Position numbers and translations under genes: made by a program
Notes under the pieces: model-generated
The model's input: the letters and a program-made list of their open reading frames with translations, nothing else
The model's database searches: none
What the model was told of the DNA's origin: nothing
Source: an uncultured delta proteobacterium
GTDB taxonomy: Bacteria > Myxococcota_A > Polyangia > Fen-1088
Assembly: GCA_963755125.1 (NCBI GenBank)
Contig: CAVWIP010000001.1
Span: forward strand, 1 to 64,000
Direction: 5' to 3'
DNA length: 64,000 bases
Shown here: positions 34,944-44,951 of the stretch, one piece after another
Numbering within the stretch: position 1 is the first letter of the stretch
Layout: every line of letters begins with the position of its first letter

Positions 34944-35393
34944 ATGACATTACGAGGCCTCCTCATCGTCTGCCTGGTAATCGGGTGCGCCACCGGATAC
35001 CACGAGTCGGGGTTTGGCGGTGGCTATTCGGAACTTCGTCTCAGCGAGAGGGCATGGCAGGTCAGTTTCGCCGGGAATGGCTATACTTCTCCAGAGCGGG
35101 CACATTCGTTTGCGCTTCGCCGAGCCGCGGAGCTCACACTCGCTTCCGGTTATCAAGCGTTCTATATTGCGGGCGAGAACCAGAGTGTCAGGCGGTTGAA
35201 CATCCAACAGCCGGTGAACTGCTATTCAAACGGACCCTATACGAATTGCTCCGGCGGCGGCGTCAACACAATCAACAAACCCAGCGCACGGCTCGACATC
35301 ACGATGGTGACCGCCCAAGAGGCCGCCTTAGCCCCGCCTGGGCATCTCGTGTACGACGCGAAAATGCTTCTCGCGCAGATTCGACCAGAATGA
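34944..35393 (+). CDS. lipoprotein, CC0125/CC1285-like
   Basis: Lipobox VIGC; GGYSE...VSFAGNGYT...ALRRAAELTL..GY..F pattern. Confidence 0.7.
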   Translation: MTLRGLLIVCLVIGCATGYHESGFGGGYSELRLSERAWQVSFAGNGYTSPERAHSFALRRAAELTLASGYQAFYIAGENQSVRRLNIQQPVNCYSNGPYTNCSGGGVNTINKPSARLDITMVTAQEAALAPPGHLVYDAKMLLAQIRPE

Positions 35394-35718
35394 AAATGGA
35401 GTTTCCTGCGTGGGATCCTGAGGGCGCTTGCGCGCTGTAGATAAACGCCGTGACGTCCGCCTTTACCAGCCGGCCGACAAGCCGGAGCGTATGGCGCAGC
35501 CGCGCCGAGAACCGCACCGGAGCATACTTGGGTATGTGAGGAGCGGAAGCGCAGGCGCGACAAGCCAGACGCCCGGAGCGCGTGGGGAGCCGGCGAGCTT
35601 TGCTCGCCGCGGACCATCGCGGGAGGGGATGGGAACCCTCCCAGGGTTCCCATCACAATCGTCGGCCGCCGGCCCATCGAAGCGCCAACGCCCCTCCAAG
35701 TAGAAATGGCTTCCCGTT

Positions 35719-36113
35719 GAAGTCCGGCTGTAAGCCGGGTTCTGTGCCCGCGTCCGTTGCCTCGCGCGGGCGATGGTCATTCCTCTAGGCCGCCCGTTGC
35801 CGAGCGGCTCGTGCGACCAACTTGGAACCTGTTCTCGACGCGGGCCACGTCGGCGGGGAAACCCCGCGGCTCCGATTCGGTCTTGCTCCAGGTGGGGTTT
35901 GCCGTGCCCCTCCCGTCACCGGGAGAGCGGTGTGCTCTTACCACGCCGTTTCACCCTTGCCTGTTCGCGCGGTTGCCCGCGCGCCCAGGCGGTTTGCTTT
36001 CTGTTGCACTTTCCTTCGAGTCATCTCGACTGGCCGTTAACCAGCACCCTGCCCAGGGAGCCCGGACTTTCCTCGGCGGCGACCAGCGCCGTCGCGACCA
36101 TCCACCGAACTCC
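35719..36113 (-). ncRNA. rnpB: RNase P RNA (type A)
   Basis: Minus strand GAGGAAAGTCCGGGC, GTGCAACAGAAAG, GGTAAGAGC, AAACCCCACCTGGAGCAAG, ACAGAACCCGGCTTACAG; terminal stem extends to 35711/36121. Confidence 0.97.
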
Positions 36114-36161
36114 AGCGGGAAGCCGACCCAAGTATAGCGCGCCCGTGGGCTGCGCCGCCGC

Positions 36162-36905
36162 CTATTCTGGCGATGGGGTGGGGGAGGCCGCTTCCTCTTT
36201 CATGAGATCCTCCCAGTAGACGATGCGGTGGCAGTACGGGCAGGTTTCCAGGGTGTTACCCCGTTGCAAGGTGTTGAAGAGCTGGGGCGGGACATTCATG
36301 TTGCACCCCAGGCAGGTGCCGTTGCGGACCGTGGCCACGGCCAGACCCCGGCGCATGCGGATGGCGCCGTAGCGCTTGAGGTAGTCGGGGCGAATCCCGG
36401 CAGCAATCTTGTCTCGCGTGACCTGCAGGGCGTCGATCTTGCTCTGCACCTCGGCCATCTTGGCGCGGGCGACCTCAGCATCCTTTTCCATCGACGAGCG
36501 GAGACTCTTCAACTCCTCGGCCCGGTCGGCGAGAACTTTCTCCTTGGCCTGGATGGCTTCGACCAGCTTGGCGACCTCGGCCTCGCGCGCCTGCACGCTT
36601 TCGCGGGTCTGTTCGATCTCGCGCTGGGCGGCGACGTATTCCTTCGAGTTCTTGGCCAACGACAACTTGTGCTTGGCGCCGCTGACCGTGGCCTCGTCGG
36701 TCTGAAGCTGGCCCTTCTGCTCGCTGTAGTAGCGTTGGGTTTCGGTCAGTTGCGTGCGTTCGCTGTCCAGCAAGGCTTCGACCCGGGTGAGGTCGTTCTG
36801 TGAAGCTTGCAGTTTCGCTGGGATGGCTTTGAGCGCGTTGTTAAGTTCCTGAATCTGAGCGTCGAACTGTTGCAGTTCTTCCAAACGCTTAAGCTGGTCG
36901 CGCAA
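36162..36905 (-). CDS. coiled-coil protein with C4 zinc ribbon (DUF164, CT398/HP0958-like)
   Basis: Long heptad region, CLGCNM...CPYCHRI; TTG start after GGAGG. Confidence 0.9.
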   Translation of the reverse strand: MRDQLKRLEELQQFDAQIQELNNALKAIPAKLQASQNDLTRVEALLDSERTQLTETQRYYSEQKGQLQTDEATVSGAKHKLSLAKNSKEYVAAQREIEQTRESVQAREAEVAKLVEAIQAKEKVLADRAEELKSLRSSMEKDAEVARAKMAEVQSKIDALQVTRDKIAAGIRPDYLKRYGAIRMRRGLAVATVRNGTCLGCNMNVPPQLFNTLQRGNTLETCPYCHRIVYWEDLMKEEAASPTPSPE

Positions 36906-36980
36906 CTGTACCTCCTGAGCGCCTGTTCGAGGTGCTCGTGCTGCTGGTGAGGAGAGCCGTACTGGCGGCTGCGAGTCGAG

Positions 36981-37053
36981 TGGGCCCACCTGGATTCGAA
37001 CCAGGGACCGAGCGGTTATGAGCCGCCAGCTCTGACCGCTGAGCTATGGGCCC
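36981..37053 (-). tRNA. tRNA with CAT anticodon, most likely tRNA-Ile2 (lysidine); CCA not encoded
   Basis: GGGCCCA/TGGGCCC acceptor stem, TAGCTCAG D-arm, GGCGG-CTCATAA-CCGCT anticodon arm, GGTTCGAATCC; no C1:A72 mismatch or 3GC run of the initiator tRNA. Confidence 0.92.
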
Positions 37054-37088
37054 AGCCTTGAAGAAGATTTCTGTCAACAAGAACACGA

Positions 37089-37117
37089 AGAATACCGATC
37101 CCTACCCGCGCTGTCCA
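37089..37117 (-). promoter_or_regulatory. candidate sigma70 promoter for tRNA-zinc ribbon-rnpB
   Basis: Minus strand TGGACA-N17-TATTCT. Confidence 0.55.
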
Positions 37118-37204
37118 GGTAGGAGTTGCGTCCATAACCCCATGATAGCCGCAGAGGGTCGTGGCCGAGGTCGTGGTCGAAGTGATCGGGGGTACGAGAG
37201 TCGG

Positions 37205-38008
37205 TCACGACAGCTTTCCTGCGAGTACGGCGGCGAGAAGCACCAACCCAAGCGCCACGCGGTATATCACGAACGCGTACGTGGTTCGTGTCCGGAGAAA
37301 GCGCAACAGCCATCGAATACAGAGATATCCTGACACGCCCGCCGCCGCCAGACCAGCGAACAGGGCCGAGGTTCCCACGTCGCGATTGTGCAGCAACTTG
37401 GGAAGCTCGAAGACGGCCGCAGCCGCCACCGCCGGAATTGACAGCAGGAACGAGAAGCGGGCGGCTGCGTCGCGCCGCAAGCCCACGGCCATGGCGACGG
37501 CCAGGGTAATTCCAGACCGCGAAACGCCAGGAACCAGGGCCAGGGTTTGCCCGAGTCCGATGATGAGAGCGTCGCGCAGGGTGAGCGAGTCCATGCCGCG
37601 CTCGTGGCGCGCCAGGCGTTCGACCAGGGCCATCACCAGGCCAACCACGACGAGCGACGTGCCGATGACGGCGAGCGTGCGCAGCGGGCCCTCCACCGCG
37701 TGTCTGAAGAGAATGCCGGCTATGCCGATGGGCACCGTGCCTGCCACCAGATAGAGCGCCATGCGGCCCTCGGGTCCGCGCCGTCGCTTCGCATCGGCCA
37801 GCGCGGTCACCATGCCGAGCAGGTCGCGCGCGAAGAAGAGGATCACGGCCAGCAGGGTGCCCAACTGGATGACCGCGGTGAATGCCGCCCCGCTGTCCGG
37901 CCAGCCGAGCAGGGCTGGCGCGATGCGCAGGTGCGCCGTCGATGAAACCGGCAGAAATTCGGTGAGTCCCTGGATGATGCCGAGAACGATCGACTGGGTG
38001 ATGGTCAA
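37205..38008 (-). CDS. uppP: undecaprenyl-diphosphate phosphatase (BacA)
   Basis: GIIQGLTEFLPVSSTAH, PGVSRSG, AARFSFLL. Confidence 0.96.
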   Translation of the reverse strand: MTITQSIVLGIIQGLTEFLPVSSTAHLRIAPALLGWPDSGAAFTAVIQLGTLLAVILFFARDLLGMVTALADAKRRRGPEGRMALYLVAGTVPIGIAGILFRHAVEGPLRTLAVIGTSLVVVGLVMALVERLARHERGMDSLTLRDALIIGLGQTLALVPGVSRSGITLAVAMAVGLRRDAAARFSFLLSIPAVAAAAVFELPKLLHNRDVGTSALFAGLAAAGVSGYLCIRWLLRFLRTRTTYAFVIYRVALGLVLLAAVLAGKLS

Positions 38009-38038
38009 AGTGGGCGCAGCATAGCGCGCGGACTCCTG

Positions 38039-38842
38039 CTAGCTAGTTTCTCCGGAGACAACGCGGTGGACCTGTCCCGCGTCGTCACGTACCAGCAGGG
38101 CGCCGTCGTCGTCGATGTCAATCGCGATCCCCTCGACCCTGGCCCCGTCGCGATCGATGCGACACACGCGACCGAGATCGGCATGGCGACGCCATGCTTG
38201 CAGGCCCGAGGCGGGGCCGCCAGCCAGGAAATCATCGTAGACGGGCTCGAAGGTAGCCAGGAAATCGATGAGCAACCGGGCGCGGTCGAAGGTGCGGCCG
38301 AGAGCCACGCGCAGCGAGGTCGCACGTTCGGCCAAATCGGGCGGAAATTCCAGTCCGTTCACGTTCAGACCGACGCCCAGCACGATGTGGCGAACCCGGT
38401 CCCCGTCGCTCGCCATCTCGGTCAGGATGCCGGCCACCTTGCGAAGCCCGCCCGGCGCAGGAACTAGCAGATCGTTGGGCCAGCGCAGGCGCGGTGCTGC
38501 TCCGGCCTCGGCCAGCGTGCGCGCCAGTGCTGCACCGGCAAGCAACGTCAGAGGCGTGGCATGGCGTGCAGGTAGGGCAGGGCGGAGCAAGAGAGAGAAA
38601 TACAGGTTTTGTCCCGATGGCGAGTGCCACGAGCGCCCGAGTCGGCCGCGACCGGCGCTCTGGCCATCGGCCACGACCACGAGGCCTTCGGACGCGCCTG
38701 CCGCCGCTCGGCCACGAACCACGTCGTTGGTCGAAGCGCAAGCTGAGAGGAACTCGTAGTCCCTGCCCAGACGTCGGCTGGCTAGCCGCGGGAGCACAAC
38801 CTCTGGCGCCAGGTCGTTTCTGGGCGAGGCGTTCTGGCTCAC
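38039..38842 (-). CDS. birA: biotin-[acetyl-CoA carboxylase] ligase (no N-terminal HTH)
   Basis: STN, QSAGRGRLGRSW, RWPND, KVAGILTE, GVGLNV. Confidence 0.95.
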   Translation of the reverse strand: MSQNASPRNDLAPEVVLPRLASRRLGRDYEFLSACASTNDVVRGRAAAGASEGLVVVADGQSAGRGRLGRSWHSPSGQNLYFSLLLRPALPARHATPLTLLAGAALARTLAEAGAAPRLRWPNDLLVPAPGGLRKVAGILTEMASDGDRVRHIVLGVGLNVNGLEFPPDLAERATSLRVALGRTFDRARLLIDFLATFEPVYDDFLAGGPASGLQAWRRHADLGRVCRIDRDGARVEGIAIDIDDDGALLVRDDAGQVHRVVSGETS

Positions 38843-39714
38843 GCCGGCCGCCCCGCGGGATCTTCCAGGTCCAAAGCCAGATCCACGGCAGGCGCCGAGT
38901 GGGTGAGCGCGCCCACGGACACCAGATCCACGCCCAGCCGGGCAAGCTCAGGGATGCGCGCCAGGGTCACGCCGCCCGAGACTTCCACGAGTGGACGGGG
39001 CTTGACCGCGCGGATCCGCGCCACGCCTTTTTCCAGATCCGTCTCAGTGAAATTATCGAGCAAGACCATGGCAACGCCTGCGCCCAGGACTTCGTCGAGC
39101 TGGGCCAGGTTGTCCACCTCGACTTCGATGTTCAGGCTGTGCGGCACCCGACCCTTGGTCCGGCGTATGGCCTCGCTGACCGATCCAGCGAGCGCCACGT
39201 GGTTGTCTTTGATGAGAACGCCCGAGCCCAGGTCGAAGCGGTGGTTGCTGCCGCCGCCCATGCGCACGGCGTATTTTTCGAGCAGGCGAAAGCCCGGGGT
39301 GGTCTTGCGCGTGTCGGTGATGCGTAGGCTGGTGCCCTTGGCTGCGGCAACAAAGGCTCGCGTCAGGGTGGCAACGCCCGAGAGGCGCTGCAAGAAGTTG
39401 AGCGCGGTCCGCTCGCCGGCCAGCAAGGCTGCGGCCGAGCCCCGATAGGTCGCAACCCGGGTTCCGGGTTCCGCCACGGAACCGTCGGCAATGTGCGTCT
39501 CGATCGCGATCGACGGGTCCAGGCGGCGAAAGACGGCGGCAGCGATGTCCAGTCCGGCCACGGTCAAACCCTGACGGGCGACTAGATGGGCCACAGCCGA
39601 TGCTCCGGGCTCGACCACGGCCTGCGTGGTTGCGTCCCCGCGGCCCAGGTCTTCCTCGATCGCGAGTTCCATGAGCCGCGTCACCGCGGGCGTCAGCAAC
39701 AGGGAATCTGGCAT
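38839..39714 (-). CDS. nadC: nicotinate-nucleotide pyrophosphorylase (carboxylating)
   Basis: ERTALNFLQRLSGVAT, DTRKTTPG, LIKDNH, EVEV, LLDN, SVGALTHS. Confidence 0.97.
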   Translation of the reverse strand: MPDSLLLTPAVTRLMELAIEEDLGRGDATTQAVVEPGASAVAHLVARQGLTVAGLDIAAAVFRRLDPSIAIETHIADGSVAEPGTRVATYRGSAAALLAGERTALNFLQRLSGVATLTRAFVAAAKGTSLRITDTRKTTPGFRLLEKYAVRMGGGSNHRFDLGSGVLIKDNHVALAGSVSEAIRRTKGRVPHSLNIEVEVDNLAQLDEVLGAGVAMVLLDNFTETDLEKGVARIRAVKPRPLVEVSGGVTLARIPELARLGVDLVSVGALTHSAPAVDLALDLEDPAGRPA

Positions 39715-39782
39715 GGAGAGCAGGATAGCCCGGCGGTCCACGGGTTGACTACTCTCCCCTGCACGCGGTAGGTAAGCCCTCC

Positions 39783-40349
39783 ATGCGGGTCATTGCTGGC
39801 GCTGACCGCGGGCGCAAGCTTCGCGCGCCACGTGGAGCCACAACAAGGCCCACCGGGGCGAAGGTGCGTGAGGCCATATTCAACATCCTCGGCCCGCCAC
39901 CTCCGCACCCTATTCTTGATCTATTTGCTGGAACCGGATCCCTGGGGATCGAGGCTCTTTCCCGAGGCGCGGTGGCGGCTGACTTCGTGGAGCGCGATGC
40001 GCGGGCGCTGGGGATCTTGCATCGGAATCTGCGAGACCTCGGGTTTTCCGGGCGGGCGCATGTCGTCGGATCGAGCGTGCTCAGTGCCCTGCACCGCATG
40101 GCCGGCGAAGTGGAGGGCAGGGTCTTCGGCTGGATCTTCGTGGACCCGCCCTATGCGTCGGGAGAGGCAGAGCCAGTCTTGTCGATGCTCGCGGGTGGCG
40201 AGCTTCTGGCCGATGGCGCGGTGATCATCGTCGAACATGACCGACGGCATGTGCCGGCCGAGGTCTTTGGCATCTTGGTCATGACCGACCGCCGTTTCTA
40301 CGGCGACACCGGCGTCTCCTTCTATCGGCCGCAGAGGGGATTGGCCTAG
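39783..40349 (+). CDS. rsmD: 16S rRNA m2G966 methyltransferase
   Basis: [33 protein letters not shown]. Confidence 0.95.
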   Translation: MRVIAGADRGRKLRAPRGATTRPTGAKVREAIFNILGPPPPHPILDLFAGTGSLGIEALSRGAVAADFVERDARALGILHRNLRDLGFSGRAHVVGSSVLSALHRMAGEVEGRVFGWIFVDPPYASGEAEPVLSMLAGGELLADGAVIIVEHDRRHVPAEVFGILVMTDRRFYGDTGVSFYRPQRGLA

Positions 40350-40858
40350 TGTCACGCTCGCGGCCCTTGGCTGTCTATCCGGGGACGTTCGATCCCATCA
40401 CGAATGGCCACGCGGACATCGTGCGCCGTGCCCTCAAGCTCTTCGACCGGGTGGTGGTGGCCCTGGCCGACAACCCGCGCAAGCGGCCGCTCTTCTCTCT
40501 CGTGGAGCGCAAACGCCTGATTCACGAGACCTTGGGGAACGATCCTCGGGTCGAGGTTGATTCGTTGAGTGGCCTGCTCGTCGACTACGTGCGGCGCCGG
40601 GGCGCGAAGTTCGTCATCCGCGGCCTGCGAGCCGTGGCCGACTTCGAGTATGAGTTCCAGTTTGCGCATATGAACCGGCAGCTCGCTCCCGAGGTGGAAA
40701 CCATTTTTCTCATGACCAACGAGGACAATTTTTTCGTATCCTCGTCGCTCGTCCGCGAGGTGGCGGAGATGGGTGGGGACATTGGGCGCGTGGTGCCGGC
40801 AGTAGTCCTTTCTGCATTAAAGAAGAAGTTCAAGAAGCGGAGACAACATGCTGATTAA
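40349..40858 (+). CDS. coaD: phosphopantetheine adenylyltransferase
   Basis: [32 protein letters not shown]. Confidence 0.97.
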   Translation: MSRSRPLAVYPGTFDPITNGHADIVRRALKLFDRVVVALADNPRKRPLFSLVERKRLIHETLGNDPRVEVDSLSGLLVDYVRRRGAKFVIRGLRAVADFEYEFQFAHMNRQLAPEVETIFLMTNEDNFFVSSSLVREVAEMGGDIGRVVPAVVLSALKKKFKKRRQHAD

Positions 40859-42050
40859 ATTGGCAAAACGTTTATCAGTCGTGGAACCATCCATGACCCT
40901 AAAAGTGACCGCCAAGGCGGCGGAACTGCGTGCACAGGGAGTGGACGTGGTGAGCTTTGGCGCTGGCGAGCCGGACTTCGATACGCCGGCTCACATCAAG
41001 GAGGCAGCCAAGAAGGCACTCGATGCCGGGGCCACCAAGTACACCGCAGTGGAAGGGACGCCGCAACTGCGCAAGGCAGCGGCTACCTGGCTAGGCAAGG
41101 CCCATGGCTTCGAGGTGAACCCCAAGGAGGTCATGGTCAGCGCGGGCGCCAAGCAGTCCCTGTTCAACGCCTTCCACGTGCTGTTGGACGAAGGCGACGA
41201 GATCATTATTCCCGCGCCCTACTGGGTGAGCTACGCCGAGATCGCCAAGCTGGCCGGCGCCAAGCCGGTGCCGGTGGTGTCCCGAGCGGAAGACGACTTC
41301 ATCGTGAACCCCGAAGCGGTGGCCCGGGCGATCACCCCGCGCACGCGCATCATCCTGATCGTATCGCCCAGCAACCCGACGGGTGCGGTCTATGACGAGA
41401 AGACTCTGCGCGCCCTGGCCGACCTGGCGGTGAGGCACGACATCTGGCTGCTCACCGACGACATCTATCGCAGTCTTTGCTACGGCGATGCCCGCTTCGT
41501 GCAGCCGGCCACCTTTAGCCCCGAGGTGCGCAGGCACGCCATCATCGTGGATGGGGTCTCCAAGTCCTTCGCCATGACTGGGTGGCGTATCGGTTTCTGC
41601 GTGGCGCCTCTGCCCGTCATCGAGGGCATGTCGACCCTGCAAAGCCAGTCCACGACCAACGCGGCCGCGGTCAGCCAGGCGGCAGCGGTTGCGGCCCTGG
41701 AGGGCCCGACCGACGAACTGGAGCGCATGCGGCTGGAGTTCGACAAGCGGCGGCAGTTCATGGTGAAGACCCTGCGGGCCATGCCCGGGGTCAAGTGCGT
41801 GGAGCCCAAGGGCGCTTTCTATGCCTTCCCTGACATGAACGCGTTCGTCGGGCGCAGCACGCCCGCGGGCAAGGTCATCGATGGAGATCCGGCCCTGTGT
41901 GAGTACTTCATCGAGGAGGCCAAGGTGGCGGTGGTGCCGGGATCGGCCTTCTACGCCCCTGGCTACGTGCGTCTGTCGTACGCCACCTCGCAAGCCAACA
42001 TCGAGAAGGGCCTGCACCGCATCGGCGAAGCGCTGGCCAAGCTGAAGTAG
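40848..42050 (+). CDS. class I/II PLP-dependent (aspartate) aminotransferase
   Basis: [36 protein letters not shown]. Confidence 0.95.
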   Translation: MLIKLAKRLSVVEPSMTLKVTAKAAELRAQGVDVVSFGAGEPDFDTPAHIKEAAKKALDAGATKYTAVEGTPQLRKAAATWLGKAHGFEVNPKEVMVSAGAKQSLFNAFHVLLDEGDEIIIPAPYWVSYAEIAKLAGAKPVPVVSRAEDDFIVNPEAVARAITPRTRIILIVSPSNPTGAVYDEKTLRALADLAVRHDIWLLTDDIYRSLCYGDARFVQPATFSPEVRRHAIIVDGVSKSFAMTGWRIGFCVAPLPVIEGMSTLQSQSTTNAAAVSQAAAVAALEGPTDELERMRLEFDKRRQFMVKTLRAMPGVKCVEPKGAFYAFPDMNAFVGRSTPAGKVIDGDPALCEYFIEEAKVAVVPGSAFYAPGYVRLSYATSQANIEKGLHRIGEALAKLK

Positions 42051-42059
42051 GAGGACTGG

Positions 42060-43442
42060 CTACGACGCGGTATTGACGGAACGCTTGCGGCGTAGCTTTT
42101 CGACCAGGGTCGTGCGGTTGAGCCCGAGCAGCTCGGCAGCGCGATTCTTGTTGCCGCCTGTGCGCACCAGAGCCTCGGCGATCATGCGGTCCTCTACCGA
42201 TTCGAGGATGGCGCGCAGGTCGGTCCGTTCCGTCGGCAGCGGCGTGGGCACCGCGGTGGACGGTTCGTCTTGACCACCGCGCAGCTTGAAGGGCAGATCG
42301 GTCAAAAGGATTTCGCCCGAGCCTTTGAGAATCACCGTGCGTTCGATCAGGTTTTCCAACTCGCGGATGTTGCCCGGCCAGTAGTAGTGCTTCAGGGCAA
42401 ACATCGCGTCAGGGTGGATGCCGGTAACCTTGCGCCGATTCTTCTCGTTGAAGCGCAGGACGAAATGCTCGGCCAGAAGCGGGATGTCAGACGAGCGTTC
42501 GCGCAGGGCGGGCAACTCGATGGGGATGACGTTGAGACGCCAGAAGAGATCAGCGCGGAAGCGGCCGGCCGCCACGTCGTCCTCCAGCTTGCGGTTGGTC
42601 GCGGCTAGAATTCGCACGTCGATCCGTTGGTCGGTTTCGTCGCCAACCGGCCGCAGGACGCCGTCTTGGATCAGGCGCAGTAGCTTGGCTTGCACACCCA
42701 GTTCCATGTCGCCGATCTCGTCGAGCAAGATGGTTCCGCCGCTGGCCTCGGCAAAGCGGCCCATACGCGCGGAGTTCGCACCGGTGAACGCGCCCTTGGC
42801 GTGACCGAACAGCTCGGACTCGACCAGATTGGTGGGGATGGCGGCACAGTTCACCGCCACCAATGGCTTCTTGGCGCGCGATGAACCGGCCACGATGGAT
42901 CGAGCCACCAGTTCCTTGCCCGTGCCAGACTCGCCGGTGAGCAGCACCGTGCAGCTCGTGTCCGACACCTGGGCCAGCAAGCCCAGCACCGCCAGCATGG
43001 CCGGATCCTCGCCCAACAGCCAGGGCGCAGTTCGATCGCGCCACGCCAGAGGGTCGGGGCCAGAATCAGGCGGCGGGGTCTTGGAAATGCCAACGGCGCT
43101 GCCGAGAGCTTCCTCTAGACTGTCGACCGCGACCGGCTTGACCAGGAAATCGCGCGCTCCCAGACGCATAGCGCGAACCGCATCCGGGATCTGCGCGCTG
43201 CCGCTCATCACGATCACTGGCGTCCGCGGGCTCTTGGCGCGCACGGCGTCGAGGATGGCAAACCCATCGGCACCCGGCATGCGCAGGTCTGTGACCACCG
43301 CATCGAAGGTGTAGTGTTCGATCTGGGCCAGGCCGCCCGGGCCGTCCGCAGTCACCACGTCGTAGGCCGCCGAGCGGAGCAGCCGTGCCAGGCTACGGCA
43401 CAAGGGTTCCTCGTCGTCGCAGATCAGAACCTTCGCCGTCAT
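42060..43442 (-). CDS. sigma54-dependent response regulator (canonical GAFTGA)
   Basis: REC domain, GESGTGKE, ELFGHAKGAFTGA, WPGNIREL, Fis-type HTH. Confidence 0.95.
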   Translation of the reverse strand: MTAKVLICDDEEPLCRSLARLLRSAAYDVVTADGPGGLAQIEHYTFDAVVTDLRMPGADGFAILDAVRAKSPRTPVIVMSGSAQIPDAVRAMRLGARDFLVKPVAVDSLEEALGSAVGISKTPPPDSGPDPLAWRDRTAPWLLGEDPAMLAVLGLLAQVSDTSCTVLLTGESGTGKELVARSIVAGSSRAKKPLVAVNCAAIPTNLVESELFGHAKGAFTGANSARMGRFAEASGGTILLDEIGDMELGVQAKLLRLIQDGVLRPVGDETDQRIDVRILAATNRKLEDDVAAGRFRADLFWRLNVIPIELPALRERSSDIPLLAEHFVLRFNEKNRRKVTGIHPDAMFALKHYYWPGNIRELENLIERTVILKGSGEILLTDLPFKLRGGQDEPSTAVPTPLPTERTDLRAILESVEDRMIAEALVRTGGNKNRAAELLGLNRTTLVEKLRRKRSVNTAS

Positions 43443-43566
43443 CGCAGTCCTCGCTTGGCCACACGCCCGCGTGGCGCGTCGTCCAAAAGTCGTTTTCCAG
43501 AATCCATCAACACGAGGATTTCCTGAGTGTTGCGCCTTCCGGCGCTCCGGTCAAGACAGGCAAGCC

Positions 43567-44894
43567 CTGACCGCCTATCAGATCGAGCCCGAAAAAGCTG
43601 GATCATTTCGATCACTTACGAAATAGCGTGAAAAATAAGTGGAAAAGGGCCCACGGGTCCTCCGAAGTTTGGTTTTTGCCAACTAAACGCAGGAGGTTTC
43701 CCCGTGAGCCCAGAACGAACCTACCCATTTCTCAGCGACTTGCTCGACCCTTTTCATAAGGCGCGCCGCAGAACGCTGGGTCTGATCATCGCCGCCATCG
43801 CCGCCACTGGTCAGGCTCGCTCGTTCGCCATCGCCACGACTCTGGCCGGCTGGCTGCGGACCAGGCTGGACAGTGCGGTCAATCGCTTCTACCGGCTGCT
43901 GCGCAATGAGCACGTCGACTATCTTGAATTCGCCACGCGGTCGCTGGATTTGCTCGCCCGTCGCCCGGATCGGCATGTCCTGCTCGCTGTGGACTGGACC
44001 GAATGGCACCATGACTTGCGCCTCCTGGTCGCTGCCATGGTCACCGGCAAGCGGGCCATCCCCGTCTTCGTTCAAGGTTGGCGCAAGTTGATCCGAGATC
44101 GCTCGCAGAATACCCGGGAGAATACCTTCCTGCGCTTCCTGGCCGACGTCACCCGTCGGGCGGGTGTCACCGCGACGATTCTGTGCGACCGCGGATTTCG
44201 TCGCGCGAGTTGGCTGGCGTTGTTGCAGACGCTGCGCTTGGGCTTCGTCGTCCGTTTGATGGCCGATGTCTACGTCGAGCTTGAGCCTGGTGTACGTCGA
44301 CCATTGGAGGCCATTCTCCTGCAACCAGGGCAGGTGCTCGATCTCGGCGTGGTTCCGCTGCGTGCCGACGGTGTTGTCTCGGTTCGCATCATCGGATACT
44401 GGGCTCCTGGTGCTCATGAACCGTGGTGGGTCGCCACCAGCGAACCCGGTTCCGCCAAGCAGGTGCTGGCGCTCTATGACCGCCGCATGACCGTCGAGGA
44501 GCAATTCCGAGACACGAAAGGCCGACGTTTCGGCGCCAAGCTCTTTTGGACCCAGTTCCGCGACCCAGTGGCCCTGGCCCGCTTCGTTAGCCTTCTGGCC
44601 GTAGCCCTCTTGATCTGGACTCTGGTGGGCATCACCGCCGCGCTGATCGATCCCTCTTTGCGCCTGCGCTGCAAACGCAAAGGGCCTCGTCAGTCCTTCG
44701 TCACCATCGGCATCAGAGCCTTGGCGCTCGGCACATTCTCCGCGCGCTTCGACCGCCTCTCCGTGCCCCTGATTCTCGAACCACCCACCATGCGTCCTCT
44801 GCGTCTCCTGGAGGCGTCCAAATGACGTTATCCACAGGCATTTCGCGGAGTTCCCGCACCAATGCCGCACTTTTCGCCAAAGATCAACGGTCAG
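43567..44894 (+). mobile_element. IS4-family insertion sequence, copy 2 (1328 bp) with 9-bp target-site duplication
   Basis: Ends CTGACCGcctATC / GATcaaCGGTCAG (imperfect TIR); AGGCAAGCC at 43558-43566 and 44895-44903. Confidence 0.96.
43704..44825 (+). CDS. IS4-family DDE transposase
   Basis: Same translation as 136..1257. Confidence 0.92.
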   Translation: MSPERTYPFLSDLLDPFHKARRRTLGLIIAAIAATGQARSFAIATTLAGWLRTRLDSAVNRFYRLLRNEHVDYLEFATRSLDLLARRPDRHVLLAVDWTEWHHDLRLLVAAMVTGKRAIPVFVQGWRKLIRDRSQNTRENTFLRFLADVTRRAGVTATILCDRGFRRASWLALLQTLRLGFVVRLMADVYVELEPGVRRPLEAILLQPGQVLDLGVVPLRADGVVSVRIIGYWAPGAHEPWWVATSEPGSAKQVLALYDRRMTVEEQFRDTKGRRFGAKLFWTQFRDPVALARFVSLLAVALLIWTLVGITAALIDPSLRLRCKRKGPRQSFVTIGIRALALGTFSARFDRLSVPLILEPPTMRPLRLLEASK

Positions 44895-44951
44895 AGGCAA
44901 GCCGGTCTTTGCGCTTGATCGGTGCCGATCGCGTGCGTATATCCCCCGGTA

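Noticed and set aside
36981..37053. tRNA-Met call, or tRNA as an integration site
   Set aside because: Lacks initiator features and resembles Ile2; no integrase or duplicated 3' tRNA end seen
37072..37077. Perfect TTGACA on the minus strand upstream of the tRNA
   Set aside because: The matching -10 would fall on the tRNA 5' end (GC-rich); the TGGACA-N17-TATTCT pair further upstream fits better
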